Positions 39,835 through 49,055 of a stretch of DNA of 64,000 bases are shown one piece after another (position 1 is the first letter of the stretch; the number at the start of each line of letters is the position of its first letter). Under the pieces are notes generated by a model, which was given only the letters and a program-made list of their open reading frames with translations, was not told the DNA's origin and made no database searches. Position numbers and translations under genes: made by a program. Source of the DNA: Candidatus Nanohaloarchaea archaeon (GTDB taxonomy: Archaea > Nanohalarchaeota > Nanosalinia > Nanosalinales > Nanosalinaceae); NCBI GenBank assembly GCA_042218325.1, contig JBDGRE010000005.1:25428-89427 (forward strand). Direction: 5' to 3'.

Positions 39835-40965
39835 GTGAGGAAAGAGGTCGAGCTCGACGGCCGGAAGGTCACCGTTATCGGCACAAGCCATGTGTCAAGC
39901 GAGAGCAGGGACGAGGTCCGCGAAGCTGTAGAGGAGCTGGAGCCGGACCTTGTCGGCGTCGAACTTGACGAAGACCGTTACGAGTCCCTGAAGAACCGCT
40001 CGGGGTGGCGTGACCTTGACATCGCCGAGGCCATCCGGGACGGCCGTGGTTCCCTGCTCCTGATGAACCTGTTGCTCGCGATTTACCAGAGAAGGATCGG
40101 GATGGAGCAGGGCATGGAGCCGGGCGCGGAGATGCTTGAAGCTGTCGAGACCGCGGAAACTCATGGCATCCGGTTTTCCCTGCTGGACAGGGATATCAGC
40201 GAGACGTTCGGCAGGCTGCGTTCGGAGCTGTCTCTCTGGCAGAAATTCACTCTCGCCGCCAGTTTTCTTGCCGGAGAGGAAGACGTGGATGTGGAGGAGC
40301 TCAAGCAGGCCGATGTCCTCGAAAGTATCCTCGGGGAGCTCGACGAGGATTTCCCGTCTGTGAGCAAGGTCTTACTTGACGAGAGGAACAGCTACATGGC
40401 CGGGAAGCTGCTTGAAGAAGATTTCGAGCACGCAGTGGTAGTAGTCGGCGCAGCGCACGTAGAAGGGCTTGTGGAAGAGCTGAAAGACAGCAGCGAGCCG
40501 GAAATTTCGGGGGCGGAGAGTGGTAAAGGTTTCCCGTGGATGAAGGCACTGAATTACGGGATACCGCTTTTTATACTCGGGATGCTAGGCTACAGTTTCT
40601 ACAAGATAGGTTTCGCGACAGGTATAGAGGCCAGTGCTTTCTGGATACTTGCGAACGGTTTGCTGGCGATGGCAGGTGCGATAGCTGCACGGTCACATGT
40701 CGCGACCTGGATAGTATCGTTCATCGCTGCACCGTTGACCTCGCTCGACCCGGCCCTGGGAGCGGGCATGGTAGCCTCTTACTTCGAGGCCAGGTTCTAT
40801 CCGCCGACCGTGGGAGAGTTGGAGGATGTGGTCTATCTCGACAGATACAGGGAGCTCTGGAGTAACCAGGCCGGCCGGATACTGCTGACCTTCATCTTCG
40901 TCACCATCGGTAGCGCTATCGCGACTTTCATAGGTGCGGGGTACATCGCGTCGCTGTTACTGTAG
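39835..40965 (+). CDS. TraB/GumN (pheromone shutdown) family protein
   Basis: IGTSHVS, VELD..R, PGAEM, ERN.YMA, VVGAAH. Confidence 0.92.
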   Translation: MRKEVELDGRKVTVIGTSHVSSESRDEVREAVEELEPDLVGVELDEDRYESLKNRSGWRDLDIAEAIRDGRGSLLLMNLLLAIYQRRIGMEQGMEPGAEMLEAVETAETHGIRFSLLDRDISETFGRLRSELSLWQKFTLAASFLAGEEDVDVEELKQADVLESILGELDEDFPSVSKVLLDERNSYMAGKLLEEDFEHAVVVVGAAHVEGLVEELKDSSEPEISGAESGKGFPWMKALNYGIPLFILGMLGYSFYKIGFATGIEASAFWILANGLLAMAGAIAARSHVATWIVSFIAAPLTSLDPALGAGMVASYFEARFYPPTVGELEDVVYLDRYRELWSNQAGRILLTFIFVTIGSAIATFIGAGYIASLLL

Positions 40966-41009
40966 GCCAACCTATTTTACTCCTGCCGTGACATCTATGA
41001 AGTGTAAGG

Positions 41010-41402
41010 ATGCGAACACGCGAGGTCGTCGAGCAGGCAGTGGAGCAGAATCCTGGAATCAGTTTCACGGGCCTGAAGGAGGAGACCGGGCTTGCGAACG
41101 GTGTCCTCCAGCACCATATCAGGAAGTCTGATAAAGTTGTGTCGAAGAAAGGAGCTCTTCTCACAAATGAGGCCTGTGATGAATGCGAGCTGTCGGAGCA
41201 CTGCACGGAGACGTGCATCAGGCGCGAGATCAGGAAACCTCTCGTGCAGGAGATACTGGAGATGCTTTCCAGGGGCATGAAGCAGAAGGATATCGCCTCG
41301 GAGCTTGACAGGCACAGTTCGACTATCAGCTACCATGTGAACAGGCTGAAAGAAATTGGCGCAATCAGGAACGGCAAGCCTGTTGAAGAACTCGACCTTT
41401 AA
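41010..41402 (+). CDS. double winged-HTH regulator with a Cys cluster
   Basis: NPGISFTGL..GVLQHH; KQKDIASELDRHSSTISYH. Confidence 0.75.
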   Translation: MRTREVVEQAVEQNPGISFTGLKEETGLANGVLQHHIRKSDKVVSKKGALLTNEACDECELSEHCTETCIRREIRKPLVQEILEMLSRGMKQKDIASELDRHSSTISYHVNRLKEIGAIRNGKPVEELDL

Positions 41403-42026
41403 CTACATCATCCACTTCTCTTCCCATTCACGGATGCGCTCACGCCAATCATCACCGTCATCTTCAGCCTCCACGCCCCCCTCAAGATACGGCCTGTCGC
41501 GCAGCCAGTAACCTACCGGGACTCCGGCGGCCATACCGAAAAGGTGGGCCTCGTAAGCGGTTCCGGTAGCAGCCGGGATACCGGCGAAGTTGATGAAGAT
41601 GTAGCTCAGCAGCACGAACCACATAGGTGCAGGAACTCCGAGCGCCAGTCCTACCTTCCGCGGCCGGTAGACCGCCAGCGCGGAAAGCACTCCCATCGCT
41701 CCGCCCGAGGCCCCGATTATGGAACTGGTGGGGTAGAACACGAAAGCGGAGAGGTTCGCCAGCAACGCCGCGGCGAAAAAGGTGGCGAGGAACGTCCTTC
41801 CCAAGGTCAGCCGCTCGTATATCGAGCCGAAGAGTCCGATGAAGAACGCGTTGTTCAAAAGGTGCTGGAGGCTGCTGTGACCCACGATCGAGGTGAAGAA
41901 CTTGTAAAACGGTGATGAGGCGGCGTTGAAGCCTGGATCGAAGCCGGTGAACGCCTGCACGGCATAGACCACCCCAAGGAGGAACGTCAGCTGCAGTGCC
42001 ACGAAGTCGAAGTTTTTCTCGTTCAT
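41403..42026 (-). CDS. rhomboid intramembrane serine protease
   Basis: H...HLLNN, GASG, AHLFG. Confidence 0.92.
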   Translation of the reverse strand: MNEKNFDFVALQLTFLLGVVYAVQAFTGFDPGFNAASSPFYKFFTSIVGHSSLQHLLNNAFFIGLFGSIYERLTLGRTFLATFFAAALLANLSAFVFYPTSSIIGASGGAMGVLSALAVYRPRKVGLALGVPAPMWFVLLSYIFINFAGIPAATGTAYEAHLFGMAAGVPVGYWLRDRPYLEGGVEAEDDGDDWRERIREWEEKWMM

Positions 42027-43618
42027 GAGACCTGCTCAAGTATCTCCACGGCGTCTTCCTGGCCGATGGACATGATGAGCCGGGAGAGTCTCGGGCCTTC
42101 CTCACGGGAAAGCAACACGCGGTAGGCGGTCGTGAAGAACTCTCCGGTGTCAAGCGCGCTCTCGTCCCGAACGTCAAATATATCCCCGTCGAGTTCCTCC
42201 TGGTCTTCGTACTCTTTCTCCCGCAGCTTTTCTGCAAGCAGCTGCACCGCCTCCTGCTGGTCCCCGTCGAGGTCGTCGATTATCTCTGCGGGCACCTCGA
42301 AGTTGATGGTGTACCTGTACTCTCCCGGCGCGTGGTCCCGGGCCCAGTTCTTCGCCTTTTCCAGCCGCTCCAGCACCTGTTCCTTCCCGACTTCGTCGAT
42401 ATCTTCCGGGACGTGGCCAGTGCGCTTCAGCGACTCGATGGCCTTTGTTTCCCATTCCTCCTCTGGCACGGTCTGCGCGATGAAGGAGGCGTGCTGGAAA
42501 GGGACGCGGACAGGTTTTTCGTCCGGTATCTCGACCACCGCCAGCTCGTAAACTCTTTCGCGGTGTTCCTGCTTCTTCTCGTTGTCGAGGCCTTCCCCGA
42601 AGTAGTCCTGCTCGATTCGGTCGAACCGGTCGTACCGCTGGAAGATGTCCTCGTCGAAAGGTATCTCGAACGCCTTGTTTGGCTTGGTGCCTGAGAACAG
42701 GAACCGTATCATCTCCGGCGTGTAGACCTGCTTCAGGTCGGTCAGCGTGAACGCGTCCTCGCCCGAGCTGCCGGAGATCTTCGCACCATCCTTTGTCACG
42801 AACTCGTACATCTGGTGGACCGGCGGCTCCTTGTCGAAGATCTTTTCCGCGAGCTCGTTGCCGGTGTCCCGGGAACCGCCCGCGGCGGAGTGTTCTTTTC
42901 CTGCCGGTTCAAAATCAACACCTTCGTACTTCCACCGCATCGGCCAGTCGATCCTCCAGGGCGGCTTCACGGAGTCGGTCTCCGCAAAGTCTATCGAGCG
43001 AGTTTCGTCGCATTCCTCGCAGTAGTACTCGACGCGGGTTTCACCGTCGTAATCCTCTACCTGTGTGAAGTCTCGGCCGCATTCGTTGCAGTAAACCCGC
43101 AGCGGGAAGTAGGGCTCCTTCAGCGGCTCCTTGCGGTATTTATCAAGTATTTGTTTGACCTTCTCCCGGTTCTGCATCGCAGTCTTTATCCAGTCAGTGT
43201 ACTCGCAGTCCCGGAACATCTCGGACTGGCGGATGAACTCGATATCCATGTGCATGTCATCCAGCTCCTCTTCCAGCCGGGCCTCGAAGTGCCGTGCGTA
43301 CGAGTCGTGGCAGCCTTCCGGGTCGCGCACCTCTGAGAGCGGGAGGCCGATGTACTGCTCCCACTCGTCTGGAACGTTCTCGGGCACCTTCCTGAACCGG
43401 TCGTAGTCGTCCCACGAGTAGATGAAACGTACGTCCTCGCCGCGGTGTTTCAACGACTTCACGACGAAGTCGACGGTTATTATCTCGCGGAAGTTTCCTG
43501 CGTGTACCAGGCCCGACGGCGATATCCCCGCGGCGCAGACGTACTCTTCCTGATCTGGGAACTTCTGTGTCACGCCGAAGGCCAGTTGATCGCTCCAGAA
43601 GAGTGGTTGCTCGCTCAC
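42023..43618 (-). CDS. lysS: class I lysyl-tRNA synthetase
   Basis: GISPSG.VHAGNFRE, DDYDRFRKVP, WRIDWPMRW, EPAGKEH, KISGSSG, GPRL; GTG start at 43618 with GAGGTG SD. Confidence 0.96.
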   Translation of the reverse strand: MSEQPLFWSDQLAFGVTQKFPDQEEYVCAAGISPSGLVHAGNFREIITVDFVVKSLKHRGEDVRFIYSWDDYDRFRKVPENVPDEWEQYIGLPLSEVRDPEGCHDSYARHFEARLEEELDDMHMDIEFIRQSEMFRDCEYTDWIKTAMQNREKVKQILDKYRKEPLKEPYFPLRVYCNECGRDFTQVEDYDGETRVEYYCEECDETRSIDFAETDSVKPPWRIDWPMRWKYEGVDFEPAGKEHSAAGGSRDTGNELAEKIFDKEPPVHQMYEFVTKDGAKISGSSGEDAFTLTDLKQVYTPEMIRFLFSGTKPNKAFEIPFDEDIFQRYDRFDRIEQDYFGEGLDNEKKQEHRERVYELAVVEIPDEKPVRVPFQHASFIAQTVPEEEWETKAIESLKRTGHVPEDIDEVGKEQVLERLEKAKNWARDHAPGEYRYTINFEVPAEIIDDLDGDQQEAVQLLAEKLREKEYEDQEELDGDIFDVRDESALDTGEFFTTAYRVLLSREEGPRLSRLIMSIGQEDAVEILEQVS

Positions 43619-43689
43619 CGAGCACCACCTCTTCTGCCGCAAGAAAGTTCACGGAACTTTCGGCTCCAAAATAACGGTTGATTGGTCAT
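43615..43689 (-). CDS. uORF2 of lysS (MTNQPLFWSRKFRELSCGRRGGAR)
   Basis: Begins with a diverged copy of the lysS N-terminus; its TGA overlaps the lysS GTG. Confidence 0.55.
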   Translation of the reverse strand: MTNQPLFWSRKFRELSCGRRGGAR

Positions 43690-43769
43690 CGAGTTATCAC
43701 CGTTATTTTGTTCGCAGAAGATTCCTGCGTGCCAGAAAATCTTCGAGTCCAGAAGACAGGCTGTTCCAT
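43686..43769 (-). CDS. uORF1 of lysS (MEQPVFWTRRFSGTQESSANKITVITR)
   Basis: ATG about 25 bp after TTTAAAAA; diverged lysS N-terminus; its TGA overlaps the uORF2 ATG. Confidence 0.55.
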   Translation of the reverse strand: MEQPVFWTRRFSGTQESSANKITVITR

Positions 43770-43822
43770 GAAGAAGTGGTTACGAACTGAGTTTTTAAAG
43801 CTCCAGTGCCCGCAAGTGATAC

Positions 43823-45010
43823 ATGGTTGAGGTCTCACCCCGTCTGGTTTTCCTCATCGTGTTCGTCTCGGGCCTCGCGGCGTTCCTCTACTGGGACCGT
43901 GACAATATCGAGCGCCACTTCATACTGTTTTACCGGAGGACCGAGCGGGGTATCGACCTGATAGACCGTATCGCGAAACGTTTCCCCCGGTTCTGGAACT
44001 ACTACGGGTGGCTCGGCGTCGCAACCGGTCTCGCCTCCATGGTGATATCTTTCTACCTGATGGCGCAGGTCTACGGCCAGATGCTTGTCTCCCGCTCTGT
44101 AGAAAATGGGCCCTCGCTGGTCCTTCCAGGCCTGGTGTCACAGAACCAGTTCCAGGCCGGCGTCTCGTTCGTCCCCATCGAGTTCTGGGTCATCGGTGTC
44201 GGGATCATAATGGTGGTACACGAGTTCAGCCACGGCATAGTCGCCCGAACCGAGGGCTTCAAAATCAACTCGGTCGGCTGGATAGTCATGGGTATATTCC
44301 CCGGCGCGTTCGTCGAGCCGGAGGGTGAGCGCATGCTTCCAGCTGAAGGAGAGCAACCGGGGACCGGCTCCGAGGGAGGCATGTGGGGCCTCGGCGACTG
44401 GAAGTCCAGGCTGAAAGTGCTCGGCGCAGGAAGCCTCGCGAACTACATCACCGCGGCAGTGTTTTTCATGGCCGCCGTCGGTGTCGCGGGCGCGATAACG
44501 CAGCCTTCCCAGGTCTTCTACGTCGCGGATGAAGGCTTCCCGGCGGCGGAGGCCGGGATGACCAACGGCACCCTCCACCAGATCAACGGCAAGGATATAG
44601 AAGGCGTCGGCGATGTACAGAACATCTCGGAGACCATCCAGGTCGGGGATCACGTGGCGATCTGGACCTCGGAGGGCAACTTCACTGTTACCGCAGTGGA
44701 AAAGAAAGGATTCGACACGGGCTACATCGGTATCCGCGTCGGCCAGCAACGGGTCATAAAGGACAGCTACAGCGACTACAGCGGGGGGCTGCAGTGGTTC
44801 GTCTCCATGCTGCAGACCATCGCGTTCCTGAACTTCGTCATAGGCCTGTTCAACATGCTTCCGCTGAAGCCGCTTGACGGCGGCCTGATGGCGGACACAC
44901 TGCTGGGTGAGTACTACCCGGACAAGGTGAAGTACCTCGACCGTTTCTCCCTGTTCGGCTGGGCGCTGATACTCTCCGGCATCCTGCTCGGAGTAATCGT
45001 CGGCCTGTAG
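43823..45010 (+). CDS. site-2 protease (M50) with PDZ domain
   Basis: HEFSHG, GAFVEP, FNMLPLKPLDGG. Confidence 0.93.
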   Translation: MVEVSPRLVFLIVFVSGLAAFLYWDRDNIERHFILFYRRTERGIDLIDRIAKRFPRFWNYYGWLGVATGLASMVISFYLMAQVYGQMLVSRSVENGPSLVLPGLVSQNQFQAGVSFVPIEFWVIGVGIIMVVHEFSHGIVARTEGFKINSVGWIVMGIFPGAFVEPEGERMLPAEGEQPGTGSEGGMWGLGDWKSRLKVLGAGSLANYITAAVFFMAAVGVAGAITQPSQVFYVADEGFPAAEAGMTNGTLHQINGKDIEGVGDVQNISETIQVGDHVAIWTSEGNFTVTAVEKKGFDTGYIGIRVGQQRVIKDSYSDYSGGLQWFVSMLQTIAFLNFVIGLFNMLPLKPLDGGLMADTLLGEYYPDKVKYLDRFSLFGWALILSGILLGVIVGL

Positions 45011-45047
45011 CCCAACCTATTTGATTTTACGCTCCACGAGTTGAGAC

Positions 45048-45353
45048 ATGACCCACACAGTCGAGATGGTCGACCGCGACGTGGAGGTAGAAGCAGAAGA
45101 GGGACAGACCGTCCTGAACGCGCTGCTGGAGGGTGGCGAGGACTACATGCACGCCTGCGGCGGCTTCTGTAACTGCACGACCTGCCGGATAAAGGTCGAG
45201 GAAGGCATGGAGAACCTCTCCGAGATGGAGGAGGATGAAAAGAACACGCTGCGGCGTTTCCAGGGCGAGGAGATACGCGAGGGCCCGTTCCGGCTCAGCT
45301 GCCAGGTCACGGTACACGGCGACGTCAAGATTTCCGAGCCTGACTGGTACTGA
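45048..45353 (+). CDS. 2Fe-2S ferredoxin
   Basis: HACGGFCNCTTC..RLSCQ. Confidence 0.92.
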   Translation: MTHTVEMVDRDVEVEAEEGQTVLNALLEGGEDYMHACGGFCNCTTCRIKVEEGMENLSEMEEDEKNTLRRFQGEEIREGPFRLSCQVTVHGDVKISEPDWY

Positions 45354-45381
45354 TTAAAGCCTTGCCCGACTATTTCGCGAC

Positions 45382-46443
45382 GTGAGAGATCTTGTAGTCG
45401 TCGGCGCAGGCCCTGTAGGGAGCCACCTCGCGAAACAGTTCTCGGAGCGAGAGAACGATGTAATTGTTATCGAGAGGAGCGAAGAGATAGGGAAGCCGCT
45501 CGCCTGCTCGGGCCACGTCTCGCCCGATATCTGGGATTTCGTGCCTGAAGAGGCCCGGGAAAGACTGTACCAGAACGAGATAAGAGGTGCGAGATTCCAC
45601 AGCGGCGAAAAAGAGTACCGGTTCTTCCGGGACGAGAAGGTTTCCTACGTCATCGACCGCATAGAGCTCGACGAAGTGAAGGCCGAGCAGGCCCGGAAAG
45701 CCGGCGCAAAGTACCGGCTCGGCGAGGAAGTCAGGGAGGTCGAAGAGCTCAAGGACCGGGTAAAGGTCGTCACCGGTGAAAAGGAGTACGAGGCGAAGAT
45801 GGTCGCGGGTTGCGACGGCGCCGGCTCGAAGGTCCGGGAGGAAGCAGGCCTTGGAGAGCCGGGAAAGTTCTACCAGGGCATACTCGGCTTCAGCGACGAA
45901 GACGACGGTAGCGACTTCGTCGACGTCCATCTCGAGGTCCCGGAGTTCTTCGGCTGGAGGATACCCCGTGGCGACTCTGTCGAGTACGGGGCTGCGGTGC
46001 CGAGAGGTGAGAACCCGGTGGAGTGGCTGGAGAAGGTGACAGGGAAGCATGAGGCAGAGGTTGAGGATATCTGCGCTGGAGCTATACCTGTCGGTCCGGT
46101 CGATAGCGCGGTCTCACGCAGGGTCTTTTTGGCTGGGGACGCGGCAGGCCAGACCAAGCCGTTTACCGGTGGAGGCATCCTATACGGGATGAGGGCTGCA
46201 GAGGCAGCTGCCGAAACGATAGATGTCGAGAGGCCTGGAACACTGCAGGACTACGAGAGGGCGTGGCGGCAGGAGCTCGGCCGCGATATACTCATGGGGG
46301 AGTTCATCAGGAAGACGTACTCTGCGCCACCGATAATGCAGCAGGCGGGGATGTGGTTCTTCGAGGGTGAAATCGGTGTTCATATGGACAGGCCGACCTC
46401 TCTCCTGAGTTTTTCGCAGCTCCGTGCGCTGCTGAAGCGCTGA
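45382..46443 (+). CDS. geranylgeranyl reductase family FAD oxidoreductase
   Basis: VVGAGPVG, GCDG, W.IP, GDAAGQTKPFTGGGI. Confidence 0.88.
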   Translation: MRDLVVVGAGPVGSHLAKQFSERENDVIVIERSEEIGKPLACSGHVSPDIWDFVPEEARERLYQNEIRGARFHSGEKEYRFFRDEKVSYVIDRIELDEVKAEQARKAGAKYRLGEEVREVEELKDRVKVVTGEKEYEAKMVAGCDGAGSKVREEAGLGEPGKFYQGILGFSDEDDGSDFVDVHLEVPEFFGWRIPRGDSVEYGAAVPRGENPVEWLEKVTGKHEAEVEDICAGAIPVGPVDSAVSRRVFLAGDAAGQTKPFTGGGILYGMRAAEAAAETIDVERPGTLQDYERAWRQELGRDILMGEFIRKTYSAPPIMQQAGMWFFEGEIGVHMDRPTSLLSFSQLRALLKR

Positions 46444-46479
46444 GCAATCTAATAAAAGATTCGTGGCCAAGCCTCTGGT

Positions 46480-47151
46480 ATGCATCTCGGTATCATCCCG
46501 GATGGAAACCGGCGTTACGCCCGGGAGAAAGGTATCTCGAAAGATAGGGCATACCGGAAGTCGAAGGACGTCATACTCGACCTTTTCGACAACGTAGACG
46601 ACATGCCTGTAGATATCGACGAGACGACTTTCTATCTGCTGTCGGAGGACAACCTCAGGCGGGATGAAGAGGAGCTGGAGACGCTTTTCGAGCTGCTGAG
46701 TGAGCAGATAGAGGAGACAGCATCCCATTTCAACGGTAAAGGGTTTGCCTTCAACTGGGTTTCGACCCGGCCGGAAGCACTGCCCGGTTACCTGAGGAAG
46801 AAACTGAGCAACCTTGAGGAGGAGTACGGCAGCGGCAAGAAACAGTTAAACGTCCTTATAGCCTACTCGGGCCGTCAGGATATAGTAAGGGCGGCGGACC
46901 GGGTCTGCGAGGAAAGTGGAGAGTTCTCCCGCGAAGCCATCAGGAGGAACCTCGGCATCCAGTCGGATATCGACTTCGTCATCCGGAGCGGCGACAACCC
47001 GACGCGGGAGGCTATCTCGGACTTCCCGATATGGAACGCCAGCTACGCCGAGTACTACCACGTGAAGAAATACTTCCCTGCGCTCGAGACATCGGATATC
47101 GAGCAGGCTCTCCACCACTTCAGGAAGCTGAGGCGGAAGAAAGGGCAATAG
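46480..47151 (+). CDS. uppS: undecaprenyl/polyprenyl diphosphate synthase (cis-prenyltransferase)
   Basis: HLGIIPDGNRRYA, S.DN..R, YSGR, DFVIRSG, ISDF. Confidence 0.88.
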   Translation: MHLGIIPDGNRRYAREKGISKDRAYRKSKDVILDLFDNVDDMPVDIDETTFYLLSEDNLRRDEEELETLFELLSEQIEETASHFNGKGFAFNWVSTRPEALPGYLRKKLSNLEEEYGSGKKQLNVLIAYSGRQDIVRAADRVCEESGEFSREAIRRNLGIQSDIDFVIRSGDNPTREAISDFPIWNASYAEYYHVKKYFPALETSDIEQALHHFRKLRRKKGQ

Positions 47152-47189
47152 ACCCGAGCTTTTTACCTCCTGCCAGACAGTTCTTGATC

Positions 47190-47297
47190 ATGGTTGACAG
47201 GACCTGCTGGAACTGCGGCTCGACGATGTCGAAGCGGCCTGACTGCGAGCTGGAATGCTCCCGGTGCGGTTTCATCAGGGACTGCAGCGACCCATGA
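47190..47297 (+). CDS. 35-aa zinc-finger microprotein
   Basis: MVDRTCWNCGSTMSKRPDCELECSRCGFIRDCSDP. Confidence 0.65.
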   Translation: MVDRTCWNCGSTMSKRPDCELECSRCGFIRDCSDP

Positions 47298-47303
47298 TAA
47301 ACT

Positions 47304-47621
47304 ATGAACCCACTCGATAACGATATACAGGTCGGAACCGTAACTGAGGCGGAGAGGTTCGAGGAGGCCAGGAAGCCGGAGATGTTCAGGCTCGTGATCG
47401 ACCTCGGCGACCGCAGGGTGCAGTCAGCGGCGCAGCTCGGCTACAACCACACAACGGATGAGGTTGAAGGGTCACAGGTCCTCTGCGTCACAGATCTCGA
47501 CCCGGTCAGGATTGCCGGGTTCAAGTCGGAGGTGCTGACTATCGGCGTCCCTGGTGAGGACGGGAACCCGGTACTGGTGAAGCCCGGAAAGGAAGTGCCT
47601 GACGGCGGGGAGCTTTACTGA
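47304..47621 (+). CDS. csaA: tRNA-binding protein / CsaA chaperone
   Basis: DIQVG, QSAAQL, IAGFKSEVL. Confidence 0.88.
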   Translation: MNPLDNDIQVGTVTEAERFEEARKPEMFRLVIDLGDRRVQSAAQLGYNHTTDEVEGSQVLCVTDLDPVRIAGFKSEVLTIGVPGEDGNPVLVKPGKEVPDGGELY

Positions 47622-48097
47622 TGGAGCAGGAACACATCGCGGCCACCATAGCAGTACTGGTGGTGTCGGTCGCCGCCAGCACCGCAGCCTTCCACGCCGA
47701 AAAGGGGGAGCGGGCCACAGCGGAGTTCTTTTCGGACAGCGAGAAGATCGCAGAGCTCTCTCTGGAAGTGGCGGACAGCCGGAAAGAACGCAAGAAGGGA
47801 CTGATGTTCCGCGAATCACTGGCAGAGAGACACGGCATGCTGTTCGTTTATCCGGACGAAAAGGAGCGCGTTTTCTGGATGAAGAACACGTACATCCCGC
47901 TCGACATCATCTTCGTCGACTCGAACAGGACCGTAGTGGATATCGACCGCGCCGAGCCCGAGCCCGATACGCCGGAAGAAGAACTTACCAGGTACAGGAG
48001 CAGCGGCCCGGCGAAGTACGTCATCGAGGCCAACCAGGGCTTCGCGCGCAAAAACGGGATAGAAGAGGGGGACAGGGTAGCGATAGAAAACCGGTAG
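47621..48097 (+). CDS. DUF192 domain protein
   Basis: GLMFRESL..GMLF..FWMKNTYIPLDIIF. Confidence 0.92.
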   Translation: MEQEHIAATIAVLVVSVAASTAAFHAEKGERATAEFFSDSEKIAELSLEVADSRKERKKGLMFRESLAERHGMLFVYPDEKERVFWMKNTYIPLDIIFVDSNRTVVDIDRAEPEPDTPEEELTRYRSSGPAKYVIEANQGFARKNGIEEGDRVAIENR

Positions 48098-48328
48098 TCA
48101 GTCACCGGCGTAGCCAGGGAGGTCCCGTATCCTTGCGGAGTTCCCTGGCTCGAACTCCGGTACGAGGTTTATGACTGGACTTGCGGGTTCGCTATCAAGG
48201 ATACGTTCCACGCACTGCATCTCCAGTTCCCTTTTCTGCTCTCCGTCCAGGCGGGAGATATCGCTCTCGTAACCTAGTTCTGATCTCGCTTCCCGGAGCT
48301 CCGGTACTGTCCTGTCGTACCCCTGCAT
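48098..48328 (-). CDS. hypothetical protein
   Basis: Short ORF with TTTTAAAA upstream. Confidence 0.4.
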   Translation of the reverse strand: MQGYDRTVPELREARSELGYESDISRLDGEQKRELEMQCVERILDSEPASPVINLVPEFEPGNSARIRDLPGYAGD

Positions 48329-48377
48329 AAATCGTAATACAATATATTACTATGGAGTTTTAAAACCTCTTCTCCTC

Positions 48378-48554
48378 TCAGAAGCCGACGAGGAACAGCA
48401 CCAGCATGCCGATACCCGAGAGGGTCGAGACAGCGCCCGCGGCCAGCAGCTTCCTGTAGTGGTCTTTCTCCAGGTAGTATGCCGCAGCTCCGGCAGCAAT
48501 CATCAAAAAGCCGGTGACCACCAGAAGGTATGAAGCCATTATGATGCCTACCAT
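48378..48554 (-). CDS. small two-TM protein
   Basis: MVGIIMASYLLVV...LFLVGF. Confidence 0.45.
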   Translation of the reverse strand: MVGIIMASYLLVVTGFLMIAAGAAAYYLEKDHYRKLLAAGAVSTLSGIGMLVLFLVGF

Positions 48555-48590
48555 AACCCTAGATAGAAGAACCATCTTGAAATAGCCGGG

Positions 48591-48682
48591 AGTGCGGCCA
48601 CCGGGATTTGAACTCGAAAACAGGTTTTCTGCGATCAAATGCCGGTTCATCACTTGAAAAGTGCGGCCACCGGGATTTGAAC
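48591..48682 (+). mobile_element. twin-hairpin micro-insertion duplicating the tRNA-Glu 3' end
   Basis: 23-bp perfect repeat 48591-48613/48660-48682; C-GAAAAC-AG-GTTTTC; inverted copy TCAAATGCCGGT. Confidence 0.75.
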
Positions 48683-48736
48683 CCGGGTCTTTGCCTCGAG
48701 AGGGCAAAATGATTGGCCGGACTACACCATGGCCGC
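48662..48736 (-). tRNA. tRNA-Glu(CTC)
   Basis: GCGGCCA/TGGCCGC acceptor; TTGCC-CTCTCGA-GGCAA; CCGGG-TTCAAAT-CCCGG. Confidence 0.95.
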
Positions 48737-48798
48737 ATATGTACTGGTGAAGTCGGGGAGGTAAAGAGTTAAAAGAGATAGATAGAACCCTATCTCTG

Positions 48799-49032
48799 AT
48801 GATAAGCAAGGAAGATGCGAAGGCGATACTTGACGGCGAGATGGATCTCGAAACGTTCGCGGAAGAGTGGGGCCGGGAGCCCAGCATACGCGAGAAAAAG
48901 GGCCACGCGGGCGTTTACTCGGTCCGGTTTTACGCCGCCGGCAGGACGTACAGCGTTGGTTCGATCCATGAAGATGGAGACCTGGAGCTCGCCCCGGGTT
49001 TCAGGGGCTACCGGGACGGCAACGATTTATAG
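48799..49032 (+). CDS. hypothetical protein
   Basis: TTAAAA box about 25 bp upstream. Confidence 0.5.
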   Translation: MISKEDAKAILDGEMDLETFAEEWGREPSIREKKGHAGVYSVRFYAAGRTYSVGSIHEDGDLELAPGFRGYRDGNDL

Positions 49033-49055
49033 TTCTTGCAGGTCATACTCGGGAC

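Noticed and set aside
43592-43769. Hammerhead ribozyme interpretation of the CGAA(A)-stem units
   Set aside because: There is no CUGANGA core or third stem, and GAA pairs with TTC within the hairpin.
43615-43769. Lysine-sensing attenuator or BHB mRNA intron in lysS
   Set aside because: Each uORF has only one Lys codon, there is no U-tract terminator, and I found no convincing BHB at the junctions.
48591-48682. tRNA 3' duplicates as attL/attR of classical prophages or islands
   Set aside because: Only about 35-70 bp separate the copies, there is no integrase, 5' ends and lysS are also duplicated, and the spacer is antisense to the target.
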